A stretch of DNA of 53,946 bases, the filler included, from Sluysia triapertura (lineage: Eukaryota), in the NCBI GenBank assembly GCA_046118255.1. It is 4 parts of 4 records of this genome, joined end to end, with 100 filler letters (N's around TTAATTAATTAA, not from the genome) between each part and the next. Parts side by side here need not be neighbours in the genome. Positions count along the whole stretch, not along the records: positions 38,447 to 53,946 come from JBJNIA010226572.1; 3 more parts are not named here. One strand, written 5' to 3'. Position numbers and translations under genes: made by a program. Every line of letters starts with the position of its first letter. The stretch's first letter is position 1. The notes under the pieces were generated by a model. It was not told the DNA's origin. It searched no databases and saw only the letters and a list, made by a program, of their open reading frames with translations. Shown piece after piece: positions 52,211-53,946 of this stretch.

Positions 52211-53060
52211 TAATTGTTAGACTAGCTCGTGGATCATTAAGTGTTTAAATATACATTATTTAATGAGAAATCTGTTGTTTATTTTGAAATAATTTTTTTT
52301 TAATATCAGGTTCATATTTCGTATTTATTAGTTGACGCATTTGGCAGTTAATTCTATTTGTTTGAAAAAATATTTTTTTTTAATAATAAAATATTATATT
52401 AAATAATATCCCGAAACGCGTATTTCAACATTAATGCTGCTTCAAAATAAATTTCACATATTACTAATTTTGAGCTATTTTTATATAGTCATTTGATTCA
52501 TTAGAATTTTTCATGGTAACATCATTAGTAGAGACACTGGCCATCAAATTTGAATTGCATTTATCTTTATAATACATTATTAATCCTTTTATATCATCCG
52601 TTGTAGCTTCAATAGCACTTAGAGTTCAACTTATCATTTTTTTTGTCACTTAAAAATAATATTAAAATAATAATAATTACAAATATTAATAATAAAGTAC
52701 GTTATTTGTTATAATAAAATTTTAATTATGTTTGTGTATAATCAAATAAAATTTCAAAAAAAAAATCAACATAATTTAGGAAATGTAAATACCAAAAGCA
52801 ATAAACAAAAAAATTAATATCATTTATTATTTATTATTATTATTAATGTACAATATAATCAAATCAAATTGATTGCAATGAAAATGATAAAAAATTCAAT
52901 TTAAAAAACAATTATTCTAAAAATAATTGCTGATGTTCAATTTTTGAAATAATAGATAATTATTCAAATTTAAGTAATAAATACTATATAAATAATATTT
53001 AATTATTGGTAAGGTTCATTTATTTTGAATTTTAGGAAAATTTATTTAGATTTATTTAAG

Positions 53061-53239
53061 CACATTCTACACAATTTGAAGATATGGGAAAACAAATTGT
53101 TGAATCAAAAGCAGCAATTGACCAAATAAAATCGGACCTAATGGAGAGATCGGAAAGATGGAAAAGAATAGAAAAATTGACCGGTTTTAATTTAATTCCA
53201 ACTCCTGGCTTACAGAAATTATTAACCGAATTTAACATT
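53061..53239 (+). CDS. STIM SOAR/CAD C-terminal half (N-terminal segment of a chimeric ORF)
   Basis: (A)HSTQFEDMGKQIVESKAAIDQIKSDLMERSERWKRIEKLTGFNLIPTPGLQKLLTEFNI aligns without gaps to human STIM1 [60 protein letters not shown] (recalled sequence). Confidence 0.85.
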
Positions 53240-53946
53240 CATTATTCTGATGTTTCTAAGCATAGACAATCATCAATTGGTGTGCGCTTCTTTTTTAGTA
53301 ATAGTATTCCGCAAGGGTTTGTTATAAACAAATTGCTCGGTTTTGTGGAAGAATTAATCATTATGAACGATCCGGAACACGAATGGAGAGAAAAATTACG
53401 AACTTCTAGAGCGACAAATGAATCTAGACAACGATTGTTCAGTAAATTAACAGGTGAATTGCAGAGAAAAATTGGTGTTAAGGTTCTCGAAGAAGGTGGA
53501 AATTGTGTTATTGGCCTGCAGGTGTGTTTCGATTTGGAAGGAGAAACGGGTGTTGTTATTCGTGGAATTGGAACAGCCGTAGAATTGAAAGAAATCGAAA
53601 CATCAGCTACAGAATCTATTAGTCTTTCACAGCCACCAGCTAGTAAAATTGAATTTTCTCAGTCATTGAATATATCAACAACTGAATCCAAAGAAACCGA
53701 TTTATATCGTTCAAAAACTCAAGTTATTCCGAAAATTATCAAAAACAAAAACGTTGATTTAGGTGAATTGCCATTGTTGACAATATCACAAGTACCTTCT
53801 GGTTTTATTCAGCATCTGGGTAGCATTGTTTCAGTAAAGTCAGTGAAATTACTTGAAAGAACCCATTCTGAAGATCGTGAATGTCGAGATGCATGGTGGT
53901 TAGAATTGCGGCGAGAAATGGCTGCACATACTCGTAGTATTGGTTG
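53240..53946 (+). CDS. C2CD5: C2CD5/CDP138 (KIAA0528) homolog, post-C2 region; same reading frame, runs off the window
   Basis: RQSSIGVRFF, GFVEEL...DPEHEW..K.RT.RATNESRQ, GELQRKIG.KVLE.GGN.VIG...CFDLEGETGVVIRGIGTA, SVKLL, RDAWWLELRREM..H..SIG; no stop from 53060 to the window end. Confidence 0.93.

Noticed and set aside
53056-53238. Minus-strand 60-aa ORF
   Set aside because: It is the antisense shadow of the STIM-like segment.

Overview
Very AT-rich eukaryotic (metazoan) genomic DNA. The ~50-65 nt introns, (AAT)n microsatellites and cecropia-type mariners suggest a planarian flatworm, which is an inference. The window is not one locus: three identical 100-nt artificial spacers (44 N + TTAATTAATTAA + 44 N) at 15593-15692, 26491-26590 and 38347-38446 join four contigs. 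Contig 1 carries the last three exons of a divergent Wnt (minus strand), whose introns hold mariner and tRNA-SINE relics; a pogo/Tigger relic and a cluster of decayed small ORFs lie further upstream. Contig 2 has two phase-compatible exons of an unidentified gene, with a decayed TPR+RING chimera in the intron. Contig 3 has three exons of a helical/transmembrane region resembling dynamin-like (DSTYK-like) proteins, bracketed by a long repeat family. Contig 4 has four exons of a GRK2/3-type kinase (minus strand). The most interesting signal is at the right edge, on the plus strand, and is missing from the ORF track because it runs off the window. It is an uninterrupted frame that fuses the C-terminal half of a STIM SOAR/CAD (Orai-activating) domain directly to C2CD5/CDP138 sequence, at the point where the C2 domain should end. 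It apparently lies antisense inside a GRK intron. Reference protein sequences quoted are from memory and need database confirmation.
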